Positions 20,446 to 29,916 of a stretch of 64,000 bases of DNA are shown in pieces. Where the stretch lies: positions 17,548-81,547 of the forward strand of contig JAHQWW010000001.1 in the NCBI GenBank assembly GCA_029856365.1, given 5' to 3'. The DNA is from Candidatus Hodarchaeota archaeon (GTDB lineage Archaea; Asgardarchaeota; Heimdallarchaeia; Hodarchaeales; Hodarchaeaceae). A program made the position numbers and the translations under genes. Position 1 is the first letter of the stretch, and each line of letters starts with the position of its first letter. The notes below the pieces were generated by a model. That model made no database searches, was not told where the DNA came from, and saw nothing but the letters and a program-made list of their open reading frames with translations.

Positions 20446-20847
20446 GTGATTTTAACCGTGGGAACTCACGCAGTCATCAGTGTTATGGAGGAAACCTTTG
20501 GTGGGATAAAATTACCTGGCACCTGCATTTCTCTTGTAGATTCTGATGGTTTGGTGATTCACAATGAAGGTGAGTGTGATGATTTACTGATACTAGAAAG
20601 TCTGAATGCTCACCTAATTACTTCCTTCGAAAATACTTTATCGCAACTAATATCTTTAAATCAAATCCTCGACTCTGTTGTGCTTAACACAGGTGAAACT
20701 GTTTACTACATTGATGATCTAACTGGGGGAACAGGATTGTATCTCATAATTAGGACAAGTCACAAATTGATGAACAAGGTGATGCCTTTTTTAAAAAGTA
20801 TTACTGAAACTATTGAGAAAGCATTACAAGCCATGTCTCAGGGATAG
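20446..20847 (+). CDS. Roadblock/LC7 (MglB-like) domain protein
   Basis: About 120-133 aa. The pattern ISLVDSDGLVIH...(helix)...LDSVVLNTGETVYYI...LYLIIRTS...(helix) fits the alpha-beta-alpha Roadblock layout. Start is a GTG at 20446 or an ATG at 20485. Confidence 0.5.
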   Translation: MILTVGTHAVISVMEETFGGIKLPGTCISLVDSDGLVIHNEGECDDLLILESLNAHLITSFENTLSQLISLNQILDSVVLNTGETVYYIDDLTGGTGLYLIIRTSHKLMNKVMPFLKSITETIEKALQAMSQG

Positions 20848-21080
20848 CCTATTTTTCATATATTAAAAACCTCAGACATTAATTATTTGTATAAACATTT
20901 GTACCATCAACTATCTTCATCTTACTAAATGCTTAGGTTTGTGTTTAAAAAGGAGTAAAAGATTATTTAAGACTTATCAGGTGTCAAACCAAAAAGTAAT
21001 TTATTTCCAATGAAGGAGGGTGAGACTGTTTTATAATATGTCTTAAATTGATTTATCAGTTCCAAAGGAAGATTGATGCT

Positions 21081-22166
21081 ATGAGTAAAATTCGAGTCGC
21101 AATTGCAGGTCTGGGTAACTGTGCTTCAGCCTTGATTCAAGGTGTTCATTATTATCGCAATGAAAAAGAGGATTCTACTGTCCCTGGATTGATGCATGTT
21201 AAATTTGGCGACTACCACGTGCGGGATTTAGAGTTCGTTGCTGCTTTTGAAGTCAATAAGGATAAAATAGGCAAAAAAATTAGTGATGCGATTTGGGTTC
21301 ACCCTAACTGTACTCCTAAATTCTCTGATGTTCCTGAAACTGAAAGTATAGTCTATCCTGGCCCAATCTCTGATGGTGTTCCTCCTCATATGATCAAACC
21401 GTTTCATTGTTACGATGAAGCTCAAATGAAACCTATTGATATCATTGAAGTACTTCAAGAGACAAAGACTGATATTTTGGTTAATTTTCTTCCTGTTGGA
21501 AGCGAAGAGGCTACTAAAATTTATGCAGATGCATGTTTAAAAGCTAATGTGGCATTAGCTAATGGAATTCCTACATTTATTGCATCAGACCCCAAGAAAG
21601 AGTGGCCGAAGAGATTTGAGGAGAGAGGGATTCCCTGTGCTGGAGATGACATTAAGTCTCAATTGGGAGCTACAATTTTACATCGGGTATTAGCCCAACT
21701 AATGCTTGATCGCGGTATCGAAATTGAAAAAACATTCCAACTCAATGTGGGAGGTAATACAGACTTCGAGAACATGAAATTCGAATCTCGACTGAAGACT
21801 AAACGAATCAGTAAAACTGAAGCAGTAACTAGTATATTGCCTCATGATACGCCGACTCGGATAGGTCCGTCTGACTTTGTACCCTTTTTAGAGGATCGGA
21901 AAATTTGTTATTTATTACTCGAAGGAAGAAAATTTGGTGATCAACCCCTTTCGATCGAAGTTAAGTTGAGTGTAATAGACAGTCCAAATTCCGCAGGTGT
22001 AATGATAGACGTTATACGTGCACTTAAGACAGCTATAGACCGTAATATTGCTGGCCCATTAATTTCTATCTCGAGCTACGCGTTTAAGCATCCTCCAGAA
22101 CAAATTCCTGATTTTGAAGCGCGTGATAGAGTGGAAGCTTTTATTCGTGGTGATGTTGATAGATAG
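21081..22166 (+). CDS. myo-Inositol-1-phosphate synthase (archaeal/bacterial short type)
   Basis: IRVAIAGLGNCASALIQGVHYY Rossmann N-terminus, and GDDIKSQLGAT and NSAGV motifs. The ATG is at 21081; the ORF-track start at 21048 is a TTG. Confidence 0.9.
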   Translation: MSKIRVAIAGLGNCASALIQGVHYYRNEKEDSTVPGLMHVKFGDYHVRDLEFVAAFEVNKDKIGKKISDAIWVHPNCTPKFSDVPETESIVYPGPISDGVPPHMIKPFHCYDEAQMKPIDIIEVLQETKTDILVNFLPVGSEEATKIYADACLKANVALANGIPTFIASDPKKEWPKRFEERGIPCAGDDIKSQLGATILHRVLAQLMLDRGIEIEKTFQLNVGGNTDFENMKFESRLKTKRISKTEAVTSILPHDTPTRIGPSDFVPFLEDRKICYLLLEGRKFGDQPLSIEVKLSVIDSPNSAGVMIDVIRALKTAIDRNIAGPLISISSYAFKHPPEQIPDFEARDRVEAFIRGDVDR

Positions 22167-22186
22167 TGTTATCATGAGGAGATCAT

Positions 22187-23164
22187 TTGTCTCTAAAAAC
22201 CTTTTTTCACGATATATATGACCTCACACGATTACCCCTTGGGATCATGGGAGCTGCGGCTGGGTTAACAGCAGGAATGATTGTAGTATTGGTTCACCAT
22301 CAAGATCCTTCTAAAAATACCATATTAATTGTTTTGGAGCTTCTTCCAAAGTATTGGGAAGTTGCTATTTTAGGCTTAGCAATTCCATTCTTAATAGTTG
22401 GAGCTTCAATGGCCATCAACGATTACCACGATTATGAAGCAGATCGGATAAACAATCGAATGGATCGCCCTTTGGTTCGAAATCCAGACTTAAAGCCGCA
22501 ATTCGTTCTGATTTTATCTTTATCGATGATATTGACTGGTATTTTGCTTTCATTCGTCCTTTTCAGTGACAATCTTTTGGTAGTCATCGGAGTGACGATC
22601 TCCAGTTTTTTAGCTATTTCTTATAATATTTGGACGAAAGAAAAAGGATTAATGGGTAATATGACTGTTGCTGCTTGTGATATGGCCCCATTCCTCTTAG
22701 CCCTAGTAGCAATGGCAGGAAAAGAAGGAGGAACAGATATTTTTTATTTATTTACCGCTGAAATAATAGAAACAACTTTAGTTGTGCTAATTATGACTGC
22801 TATAACTTTTTTTGGTGTTGTTGGGCGGGAATTGATTAAAGGGATAATGGACATGGAAGGAGATCGTGCTACAAGCTCTCACACTTTTGCTGTGAGATAT
22901 GGACCAAATCGAGCTGTACAATTGGCTTCGATATTTTTTATGATTGTTATTGTTTTAGCCCCAATTCCGTTATTCATAAAATTTCAAAATAATGTATTAT
23001 ATGCAACATTTATGCTTGTTTCAATTATTTTACTTTTTTACAGTGTTTTAATCCTATCTCGTGATCAATCTGTTGCTGCTGGCAAAAAAGGTCGAACTTA
23101 CACTCGAACTGCTTTATGGTCTGGAGTTCTTTCTTTCTTGGTGGGTGCATTAACTATGACATAA
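22187..23164 (+). CDS. UbiA-family prenyltransferase (DGGGP-synthase-like)
   Basis: A multi-TM protein with the Asp-rich motif NDYHDYEADRINNRMDRPL and a second motif (GIMDMEGD). The TTG start is preceded by a GAGGAG Shine-Dalgarno-like sequence. Confidence 0.85.
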   Translation: MSLKTFFHDIYDLTRLPLGIMGAAAGLTAGMIVVLVHHQDPSKNTILIVLELLPKYWEVAILGLAIPFLIVGASMAINDYHDYEADRINNRMDRPLVRNPDLKPQFVLILSLSMILTGILLSFVLFSDNLLVVIGVTISSFLAISYNIWTKEKGLMGNMTVAACDMAPFLLALVAMAGKEGGTDIFYLFTAEIIETTLVVLIMTAITFFGVVGRELIKGIMDMEGDRATSSHTFAVRYGPNRAVQLASIFFMIVIVLAPIPLFIKFQNNVLYATFMLVSIILLFYSVLILSRDQSVAAGKKGRTYTRTALWSGVLSFLVGALTMT

Positions 23165-23201
23165 TGTAAGCGTAAAGATTAAGTTATTTTAGGTTTTAAC
23201 T

Positions 23202-24581
23202 ATGTTTGGTGATCCTCAAACCTTTTGTAGATCAATTGCAGAGAAAAGTAACCTACAGGAAGGTACGAAGGGCGTTGAACGAATAATTTTAGAGATGTAC
23301 AGACGACAAACCCAAAAAATGACCAATAAAGAGCTTTCAAGGCATGTTCGTATCCCTATTCCTGTACTTTCTGCCGTTCGAGGTGAGATGTTAAAGGTAG
23401 GATTTCTAGAAACAAAGAGTATTTTATCAAGTACTGCTATTAAATGGATTCAAAAAAGAATGGGACTGTCTTATTCTTATGAATTTTTTCAGGATTTTAA
23501 CATAGACTCTTCGTTTAAGGTCTCAAAAAAGTACCTTGAATTTTTTAATCCAGTAATTGAATATTTAAATCGCCGTCCTCCTCCTGAATATAAATACGAT
23601 CAGTCTCGCAGTATTCCTGAAACTGTGTTGAAAAGAACACTGTTAATGTTAAGAAATGGAGATGTGGAGGGGAAAAGGATAGCCATCTTAGGAGATGATG
23701 ACGGTGTTTCTTTAGCGTTAGGATTTCTCGGATGTGCAAAAGAAATTCTTGTCATTGATATCGATTCCCGCATTCTTGAGTTTATTGATTCTTTTGCTCA
23801 TGAGAAAAACTTGGTAAATGTGTTGAACACGCAACTATGGGATATAAGAACTACATTTCCAAAAAAATGGCAGCAACATTTTGATACTTTTGAAACGGAT
23901 CCACCTTATACCGTTTCGGGTTTCAAACTATTCATTGATCAGGCCCTTACTCTCCTAGATCCAATGGAAGGTGGGAGAGGTTATGTTTCATTTGGAACTA
24001 AGTCACCTCACGATACCTGGGCGTGCCAACAACATCTTCTAGAAGCAGGTTTTTCGATTGAAGAGTTCTTTCAGGATTTTAATCGTTACCACGGAGCAAC
24101 AATTTTAGGTAATACTTCTAATCTGTATGTCATAAGTTCTGTTCCTCAAAAATTGCGCCTCTTAGAAACAAAACATTCTGAAAAGACAATCTATACTTTT
24201 GATGAAAAGAAAGTAAAAGACCTCCCAACTGTGGGTTATCAAATTATTGCTGAATTTTATGGAGTTAAACCCACTTATCTGAATGAAGCTAAGAAATTAA
24301 CCAATATCCTTCAAAGTGGTATCAAAAAAAGTCAGCTCCATATGGAGGAAATGTTTGTTAAAGAGTATTCTCCATATGGTTTGTCAATTATAGCCATTTT
24401 AGTGGAAAGTCATTGTCATTTGCATACATGGCCAGAATGGGATTATCTTTCCCTCGACATATTTGTATGTGAAGCGAGAGAAAAAGCGGAAAAATTATTT
24501 CAATATCTATTAAAAATAATAGATCCATTGGATTATCATAAATTCCAATTTTTTCGAGGTCGGCCTCCATCAATAGATTAG
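23202..24581 (+). CDS. Fusion: BpsA-like (DUF43) aminopropyltransferase + pyruvoyl-dependent S-adenosylmethionine decarboxylase (SpeH-like)
   Basis: An N-terminal wHTH, then GKRIAILGDDDGVSLA and FETDPPYT (BpsA family). The C-terminal roughly 115 aa carry LVESHCHLHTWPEWDYLSLDIFVC, the AdoMetDC self-cleavage ES|H site. Confidence 0.75.
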   Translation: MFGDPQTFCRSIAEKSNLQEGTKGVERIILEMYRRQTQKMTNKELSRHVRIPIPVLSAVRGEMLKVGFLETKSILSSTAIKWIQKRMGLSYSYEFFQDFNIDSSFKVSKKYLEFFNPVIEYLNRRPPPEYKYDQSRSIPETVLKRTLLMLRNGDVEGKRIAILGDDDGVSLALGFLGCAKEILVIDIDSRILEFIDSFAHEKNLVNVLNTQLWDIRTTFPKKWQQHFDTFETDPPYTVSGFKLFIDQALTLLDPMEGGRGYVSFGTKSPHDTWACQQHLLEAGFSIEEFFQDFNRYHGATILGNTSNLYVISSVPQKLRLLETKHSEKTIYTFDEKKVKDLPTVGYQIIAEFYGVKPTYLNEAKKLTNILQSGIKKSQLHMEEMFVKEYSPYGLSIIAILVESHCHLHTWPEWDYLSLDIFVCEAREKAEKLFQYLLKIIDPLDYHKFQFFRGRPPSID

Positions 24582-24600
24582 ACTCAATAGTGATGTAACA

Positions 24601-25296
24601 ATGGGTGAAACAAAAAAACAGAGTTCTGAAGAATTCAAGTTTCTCAACGAATTAGGGCGGAAATCTATACATCTCTCTGTTTGGGCGATTCCTTTGGCCT
24701 ATCACTGGATTTTACCTTGTTTAGGTTTGTCATCCGAAGGTTCCCTTTTTTTTATCCAACTCTCTTTACTTGGATTTCTGTGTTTTTTTATTCCCTTGGA
24801 AATTTATAGGCTAAAATTTAATCCAAACACTTGGATAAATCATTTTACTCGTGCTTATGAAAAAGAACGTCCTGCTAATTATATCTTAACAGCTGCGGTC
24901 TGGTTAATGTTACTACTAGGTGTAAACTTTTTTTATGAGATGGAAGTAGTAGAACTTGTATTAATCACTACAGTGATGGGTGATTCTGCTGCCGCCTTGG
25001 TTGGGAAAGGAATAGGTCACAGAAGACTCCCCCTTACAAAGGAAAAAACTGTAGAAGGATTTATAGCTGGATTATTAACAAATTATTTGATTGGTTTTTG
25101 TTTTCTCATGATAGTGTGGAATAATTTATCCTCATCTTACCAGATATGGTTTATATTCGTCTTACCACTCATTCCAACGATAGTATGGGGATCACTTGAT
25201 TTCTTTGAGGATTTACCCTGGTATTTAGCTGACAATCTATTCAATCCTCCACTTGCTGCGATAATTGTTGCAATGCTAGAGATTATCTTGAATTGA
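24601..25296 (+). CDS. CTP-dependent polyprenol (dolichol/phytol) kinase / CdsA-superfamily membrane protein
   Basis: Multi-TM with VMGDSAAALVGKGIGHRRLPLTKEKTVEGFIAG, the signature of the cytidylyltransferase-1/dolichol kinase family. Confidence 0.65.
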   Translation: MGETKKQSSEEFKFLNELGRKSIHLSVWAIPLAYHWILPCLGLSSEGSLFFIQLSLLGFLCFFIPLEIYRLKFNPNTWINHFTRAYEKERPANYILTAAVWLMLLLGVNFFYEMEVVELVLITTVMGDSAAALVGKGIGHRRLPLTKEKTVEGFIAGLLTNYLIGFCFLMIVWNNLSSSYQIWFIFVLPLIPTIVWGSLDFFEDLPWYLADNLFNPPLAAIIVAMLEIILN

Positions 25297-25304
25297 CTCC
25301 TTTA

Positions 25305-26033
25305 TTATTTTATGGGAATCATAGTATTTGAATGGCACACTTCACACCCGTTCCTTTCTAAGAAGCATTTTTTGCAATAAGGAGTATTACATCCAGGATT
25401 CCCACACATCACATCTGCAATGTTTCTACAATTAATACATTTCTTTTTTAGCCTAAAGAAATTATGAGTACGGCTATATCGTTGTATTCGGAGTACTACA
25501 AGAAGAAAGATCACTAGACTTATTAGAAACACGAGGGGTATGAAAAAGGGGATATCAAAGAGTGTTCCAGCGGGTTTACTTGCATCAAGTAAAATTTTTT
25601 TAACACGGATTTGGTAGAAGAGATCCTTGCCATAATGTGGATCAGTAACATTGTTGAATGCTTTTCCACTTGAAAAATCGATATTCCAGTTCTTTTCTTG
25701 TCCAGTCTTCATTCCTAAAAGTCCCTCTACAAAACCCAGATTAGGTGGCGCATATACATCTGGAAATTCTTCAATAATTTTGTTCGGAACACCTTCTCTG
25801 TCTATTATATCTGGGTCTTCCACATAGATTGTACCTTGTTGCTCATCTACTATTAGATTCTCGACCCATAAGGTGTAGTTTACACGTACAACATCATGCA
25901 TTTCTACTTTCGTATCAGGGGTGACCTCAATCGCTCTACTAGCATTGATAAAACTTGGGGAAAAAGCTACTAAGAAGCTTATGAATAGAAACGATGTTAA
26001 AACTAGTGATCTATAGAAACTCCTAGGAATCAT
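25305..26033 (-). CDS. Membrane-anchored protein with FKBP-like domain and C-terminal Cys-rich zinc-ribbon
   Basis: A signal/TM segment, an FKBP-like pattern (DVVRVNYTLW...GFVEGLLGMKTGQEK), a TM, then CINCRN...CGNPGCNTPYCKKC...CEVCH. Confidence 0.4.
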   Translation of the reverse strand: MIPRSFYRSLVLTSFLFISFLVAFSPSFINASRAIEVTPDTKVEMHDVVRVNYTLWVENLIVDEQQGTIYVEDPDIIDREGVPNKIIEEFPDVYAPPNLGFVEGLLGMKTGQEKNWNIDFSSGKAFNNVTDPHYGKDLFYQIRVKKILLDASKPAGTLFDIPFFIPLVFLISLVIFLLVVLRIQRYSRTHNFFRLKKKCINCRNIADVMCGNPGCNTPYCKKCFLERNGCEVCHSNTMIPIK

Positions 26034-26157
26034 TAAGTGTCAACCTATGTTCAGTTCTCTGTATTGATATTCTAAAGAGTTTTTGGTTTTCATACTAGAG
26101 AACAAAGACTTCAAAAAAGTATGAAAGAATCCTCCTCAAGAGCAAAAAAAGAGATAG

Positions 26158-26553
26158 ATGACAAGAATGGAAATAAAGAGAGAAAAAAAGGTAAAGATAA
26201 TCTTAAAGGGCTGGACTTCTAATCAAATATCTCAAACAGAGGGCTTTGCATTTATTTCACAAACTCCCAAAGCTGCTCGTGCCCAAATTCTCACTTTTCG
26301 TGATCAGACTCCTCGTATATTAATCTGTCCAAGCATTGATTGGTCTTGGTCTGATGTAGTTAATGAAGTCGCAGGTGTTGTGACTGATCATGGAACACGA
26401 GTCAGTCGTGGATCTGAAGTTTCAGGTATTGTTCAGGTTCCTGCAGTGTTAGGGACAAAAATAGCTACTCAAGAGATTAAAGAGGGGGATTTCATTGAGA
26501 TTATTTGTGAAGGAATGGAAGCAGTAGCAAAGGTTTTTTCAGGAAAGAAGTGA
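26158..26553 (+). CDS. Stand-alone PEP-utilizing-enzyme mobile (swivel) domain protein lacking the phospho-His
   Basis: ILICPSIDWSW...AGVVTDHGTRVSRGSEVSGIVQVPAVLGT aligns to GGRTCHAAIVSRELGIPAV of the ppsA in this window, with Arg in the His position. Confidence 0.5.
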   Translation: MTRMEIKREKKVKIILKGWTSNQISQTEGFAFISQTPKAARAQILTFRDQTPRILICPSIDWSWSDVVNEVAGVVTDHGTRVSRGSEVSGIVQVPAVLGTKIATQEIKEGDFIEIICEGMEAVAKVFSGKK

Positions 26554-26555
26554 TA

Positions 26556-27173
26556 TCATTCAGTCTCGGAATAATCGGCTGGTGCTACAATCTCACGTTC
26601 AGCAAGTTTAAGTTTAAGATAGCTATCCCATTCTTCCTGATTTTTTTGAAGTTTCGCTTCCCAGTCAGCATTTAATTGATTAATTTGACGTGTTAATTCT
26701 TCATTAGCACTTTCAAGGCGATTTTCTAGCTCAATAATGGTTGAATTCATTTTAGAAGCCTGAAGTAGTGTTTCTTCTTTCTCATTTTCGAGGATCTTAT
26801 TTCGTTGTTCTAAAGATTTAGAATGTGCTTGTAATCCTTCGATTTCTTGTTCTTTTTTGGCGAGCTGTTGTTTAAACTCTTCAAAGTTGCTTTCCAAAGT
26901 TTGAGAGCTTTTTTTACTAGCACTGCGGGCTTTTTTAGCGATTGAAATGGAATATTGATTTAATAAATCTTGATTAATTCGAATTAATCGCTCAGCTATA
27001 TCTCGAACGAACCTTTCGGCTTGCGCGATTGTCACACTGGATCGAGAGGAGACCCTACGAGGCATTTCTTGCAGGAAGGATTTTTGTGATTCATTCAACT
27101 GATTTTTTGAATCAGCGATCAGCTCATCAAACAATTTCATAATATATTGGCCTAGATCTCTATATTCTGCCAT
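26556..27173 (-). CDS. Coiled-coil protein, function unknown
   Basis: 205 aa, rich in heptad-like E/K/Q/L. No enzymatic motif. Confidence 0.5.
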   Translation of the reverse strand: MAEYRDLGQYIMKLFDELIADSKNQLNESQKSFLQEMPRRVSSRSSVTIAQAERFVRDIAERLIRINQDLLNQYSISIAKKARSASKKSSQTLESNFEEFKQQLAKKEQEIEGLQAHSKSLEQRNKILENEKEETLLQASKMNSTIIELENRLESANEELTRQINQLNADWEAKLQKNQEEWDSYLKLKLAEREIVAPADYSETE

Positions 27174-27431
27174 AATGGCTCACATCATTCAGAAAGAACA
27201 ATATTTTCTATATTACTGATTATCCTTTTATTTTATCTCGGAATGAGATCAGTATCAACTATAATAAAATCATATTATATAGAGAGGGTACAGCTTGCTA
27301 TGAACTTAATATTAACTTAGAACACATTAGAATTTTATGCTCATAAATTGTCCCCAAAAATTTATCTTATTTTTAAAGATCAAAAATAAATACATTATTT
27401 GATCGTGTTAATAAAAGGGTTGAATAAGCAA

Positions 27432-28304
27432 ATGCTAGACAAACAGACCGAAAAACTCGTGTTGCATGCTCAAAAAAATGAAATCACAGAATACCACATT
27501 TATAAAAAATTAGCGAAATCAACTAAAGACCCTCATAACCAAAAAATCCTCAACCAAATTGCTGAAGATGAGTTAAAGCATTATTCTTTTTGGAATCAAT
27601 ATACTCAACGAGAAGTAAGTCCAAGTAGAAAAAAGTGGTTCTATTACTTTATTGCAAGAATATTTGGTTTAACATTTGGTATTCGTCTAATGGAGCTCGG
27701 TGAAGGACAGGCTCAAGTCTTTTATACCACTATTACTAAGCTTATTCCTGAAGCACAATCCATCATCGAAGATGAAGAGGCTCATGAAAAAGAACTCATC
27801 AGTCTCATCGATGAAGAATTATTAGATTACATAGGATCTGTTGTTCTTGGTTTAAACGATGCGTTAGTAGAACTCACTGGGGCTCTCGCTGGATTGACAT
27901 TAGCCTTTCAGAACGCTCAACTAATTGCTCTAGCAGGTTTGATTACAGGAATCGCTGCCTCCTTGTCCATGGCCGCATCAGAATATCTTGCAACAAAAGA
28001 AGAACAAACAACGAAAAATCCTTTAAAAGCGGCAATATACACAGGTATCGCATATGTTGCTACTGTTTTTTTCCTTATTTTACCTTATTTAATCTTTAGT
28101 AATCAATCCCCACTTGTATGTCTAGCGATCACCCTTATCAATGCTATCCTTATAGTCTTAGTTTTTACATTCTATATTTCCGTGGCCAAGGATCTCTCGT
28201 TCAAGAAAAGATTCTCTGAAATTGTCGGAATCAGTTTAGGAGTAGCCAGTTTAACTTTCATTATTGGATTAGTTGTACGATCAGTCTTGAACATTGATAT
28301 ATGA
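27432..28304 (+). CDS. VIT1/CCC1-family iron/manganese transporter with N-terminal ferritin-like domain
   Basis: An Er/ferritin-like N-terminus (EITEYHIYKKLA...EDELKHYSFW) and a VIT1 core (GSVVLGLNDALVELTGALAG, SMAASEYL). ATG at 27432. Confidence 0.85.
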   Translation: MLDKQTEKLVLHAQKNEITEYHIYKKLAKSTKDPHNQKILNQIAEDELKHYSFWNQYTQREVSPSRKKWFYYFIARIFGLTFGIRLMELGEGQAQVFYTTITKLIPEAQSIIEDEEAHEKELISLIDEELLDYIGSVVLGLNDALVELTGALAGLTLAFQNAQLIALAGLITGIAASLSMAASEYLATKEEQTTKNPLKAAIYTGIAYVATVFFLILPYLIFSNQSPLVCLAITLINAILIVLVFTFYISVAKDLSFKKRFSEIVGISLGVASLTFIIGLVVRSVLNIDI

Positions 28305-28413
28305 TCCTCTCATATTAGAGAGTTTTTAATGTATTTGAGCAAGTTCTGGAAAGAAAACATTCTTAACATTAGTAAAACTGTGATAAAACTATAAAATTGC
28401 CGAGGGTATCATC

Positions 28414-29916
28414 ATGAGGATATTGAAATATTTCTCTTGTTCTGTTATTGGTTTCATTCTCTTATTAGCGATTACACCGATAGGTGGAGTCAAGGGCTGC
28501 ACTAATGCAGTCAGTGATTACTACTTCTCTGTCCCAGAAGAAATAGTAGAAGTAAGTATCAACTTAGATGGATCTGCAGATATTGAATACTGGATTACTT
28601 TTGTAGTAATAGATGGAGGTGATCCCATTGATATTGTGGATATTGGTTTTCCCAACAAGTTTTACAAACCCGGAAGTATAATAGCGGATGTTAATGGGAC
28701 ACCAGTGACAGATATTTCGAAATCTGCCGTAATTGACATTGGTGTTGAAATTCATTTACACGAATCCACGATTACAGGCACAGGAGTACTACATGTAAAG
28801 GGAAACCAACCGTACATGATATTTGAAGATACTGAAGAGGAAGATATGGCTTCTGTAGAATTCGGAAATACATGGTGGGATTCCACCTATACAACTGGCA
28901 CTACAAACTTAACTACTCGAATTATATTTCCTACAACTGTAGATGAAACAACATATACCAAGTATCACTATTCCGATAAACCAGATCATGAATATTTTTT
29001 ACTAAATGGACGTAAAGTATTCGAATGGAACGAACCATCCGCTTCTCCCTCAAGTCAATATACATATGGAGTTTCCTTTCCTAAAGCAGGAGTGACATGG
29101 TACACAAGTTATCCTCTCACCATAGAGGAACTTTTAATTATTGTGGGTATTAGTAGTGTTATACTAATTGCTATTGTGGTTGCTATTGTAAGTTATATAA
29201 GGAAACGACGTCGATTGATGGATTATATTCCTCCTTTTGTCTCAGTTCCCACCGCTGGTCCTAGAATGGATCTCCGTAGAGAAGAAGTAGCCATTGTTTT
29301 AGAAAAACCCGTGAATGTCACAATTTCCATGATTATTCTCACATTAATCCAAAAGGGCCTATTAAAGCAGTTTTCATCTGAGAGTCCCCTCCTTGAGCCC
29401 ATCAAAGGTGCTTCGAAAAAACACCTCCGAAAATATGAGCAAATAGTTCTGAAATCCATTCATACAGACCTCAGTATCGATGAGGATGATTTAGTGAAAG
29501 CAGTATCCAGTTTGGTTAAATCCACCCAACGTAGGATTCGAGGATATTCGTATGAAAGAACTGTGGAATATTATGAAAGATTAATTCGAGAATCTGTTGC
29601 AACAATTAAATCAGAATCCGATCCACGGAATGTTTCTACAGAAGCTTGGTTTTGGGCAATTCTGGATGAGGAATTCTTACCAGACTTAGAAGTGCAAATA
29701 ACTGAGCGTGAAGAGTATTACAATTATTACCCATGGTATTATCATTATGGTTATCATCGATGGCATTGGATCCCTCGTGGCCGATCCTTCACCCGCCGTG
29801 TGACAAGGATCAGTCATCCCATCCCCCGAGGAAGTAGTGGGGGTTCAAGAGGAGGTGGGGGTTGTGCTTGTGCTTGTGCTGGTTGTGCCTGCGCCTGTGC
29901 TGGAGGTGGTCGTTGA
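28414..29916 (+). CDS. DUF2207-like membrane protein with C-terminal Gly-flanked (Cys-Ala) repeat tail
   Basis: A signal/TM segment, a beta-rich ectodomain, a TM followed by RKRRR, a DUF2207-like segment (VAIVLEKPVNVTISMIILTLIQKGLL), an aromatic stretch YYNYYPWYYHYGYHRWHW, and the tail GSSGGSRGGGGCACACAGCACACAGGGR. Confidence 0.7.
   Translation: MRILKYFSCSVIGFILLLAITPIGGVKGCTNAVSDYYFSVPEEIVEVSINLDGSADIEYWITFVVIDGGDPIDIVDIGFPNKFYKPGSIIADVNGTPVTDISKSAVIDIGVEIHLHESTITGTGVLHVKGNQPYMIFEDTEEEDMASVEFGNTWWDSTYTTGTTNLTTRIIFPTTVDETTYTKYHYSDKPDHEYFLLNGRKVFEWNEPSASPSSQYTYGVSFPKAGVTWYTSYPLTIEELLIIVGISSVILIAIVVAIVSYIRKRRRLMDYIPPFVSVPTAGPRMDLRREEVAIVLEKPVNVTISMIILTLIQKGLLKQFSSESPLLEPIKGASKKHLRKYEQIVLKSIHTDLSIDEDDLVKAVSSLVKSTQRRIRGYSYERTVEYYERLIRESVATIKSESDPRNVSTEAWFWAILDEEFLPDLEVQITEREEYYNYYPWYYHYGYHRWHWIPRGRSFTRRVTRISHPIPRGSSGGSRGGGGCACACAGCACACAGGGR
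29863..29901 (+). repeat. In-frame (TGY GCY) hexanucleotide repeat encoding CACACA-G-CACACA
   Basis: tgt gct tgt gct tgt gct ggt tgt gcc tgc gcc tgt gct. The second block uses synonymous variants. Confidence 0.9.

Noticed and set aside
29863-29901. The (TGTGCT)n tract as a non-coding microsatellite or assembly artefact
   Set aside because: It is in frame at the end of a 500-codon ORF, it carries synonymous variation between the two blocks, and it is followed directly by a coupled gene start.
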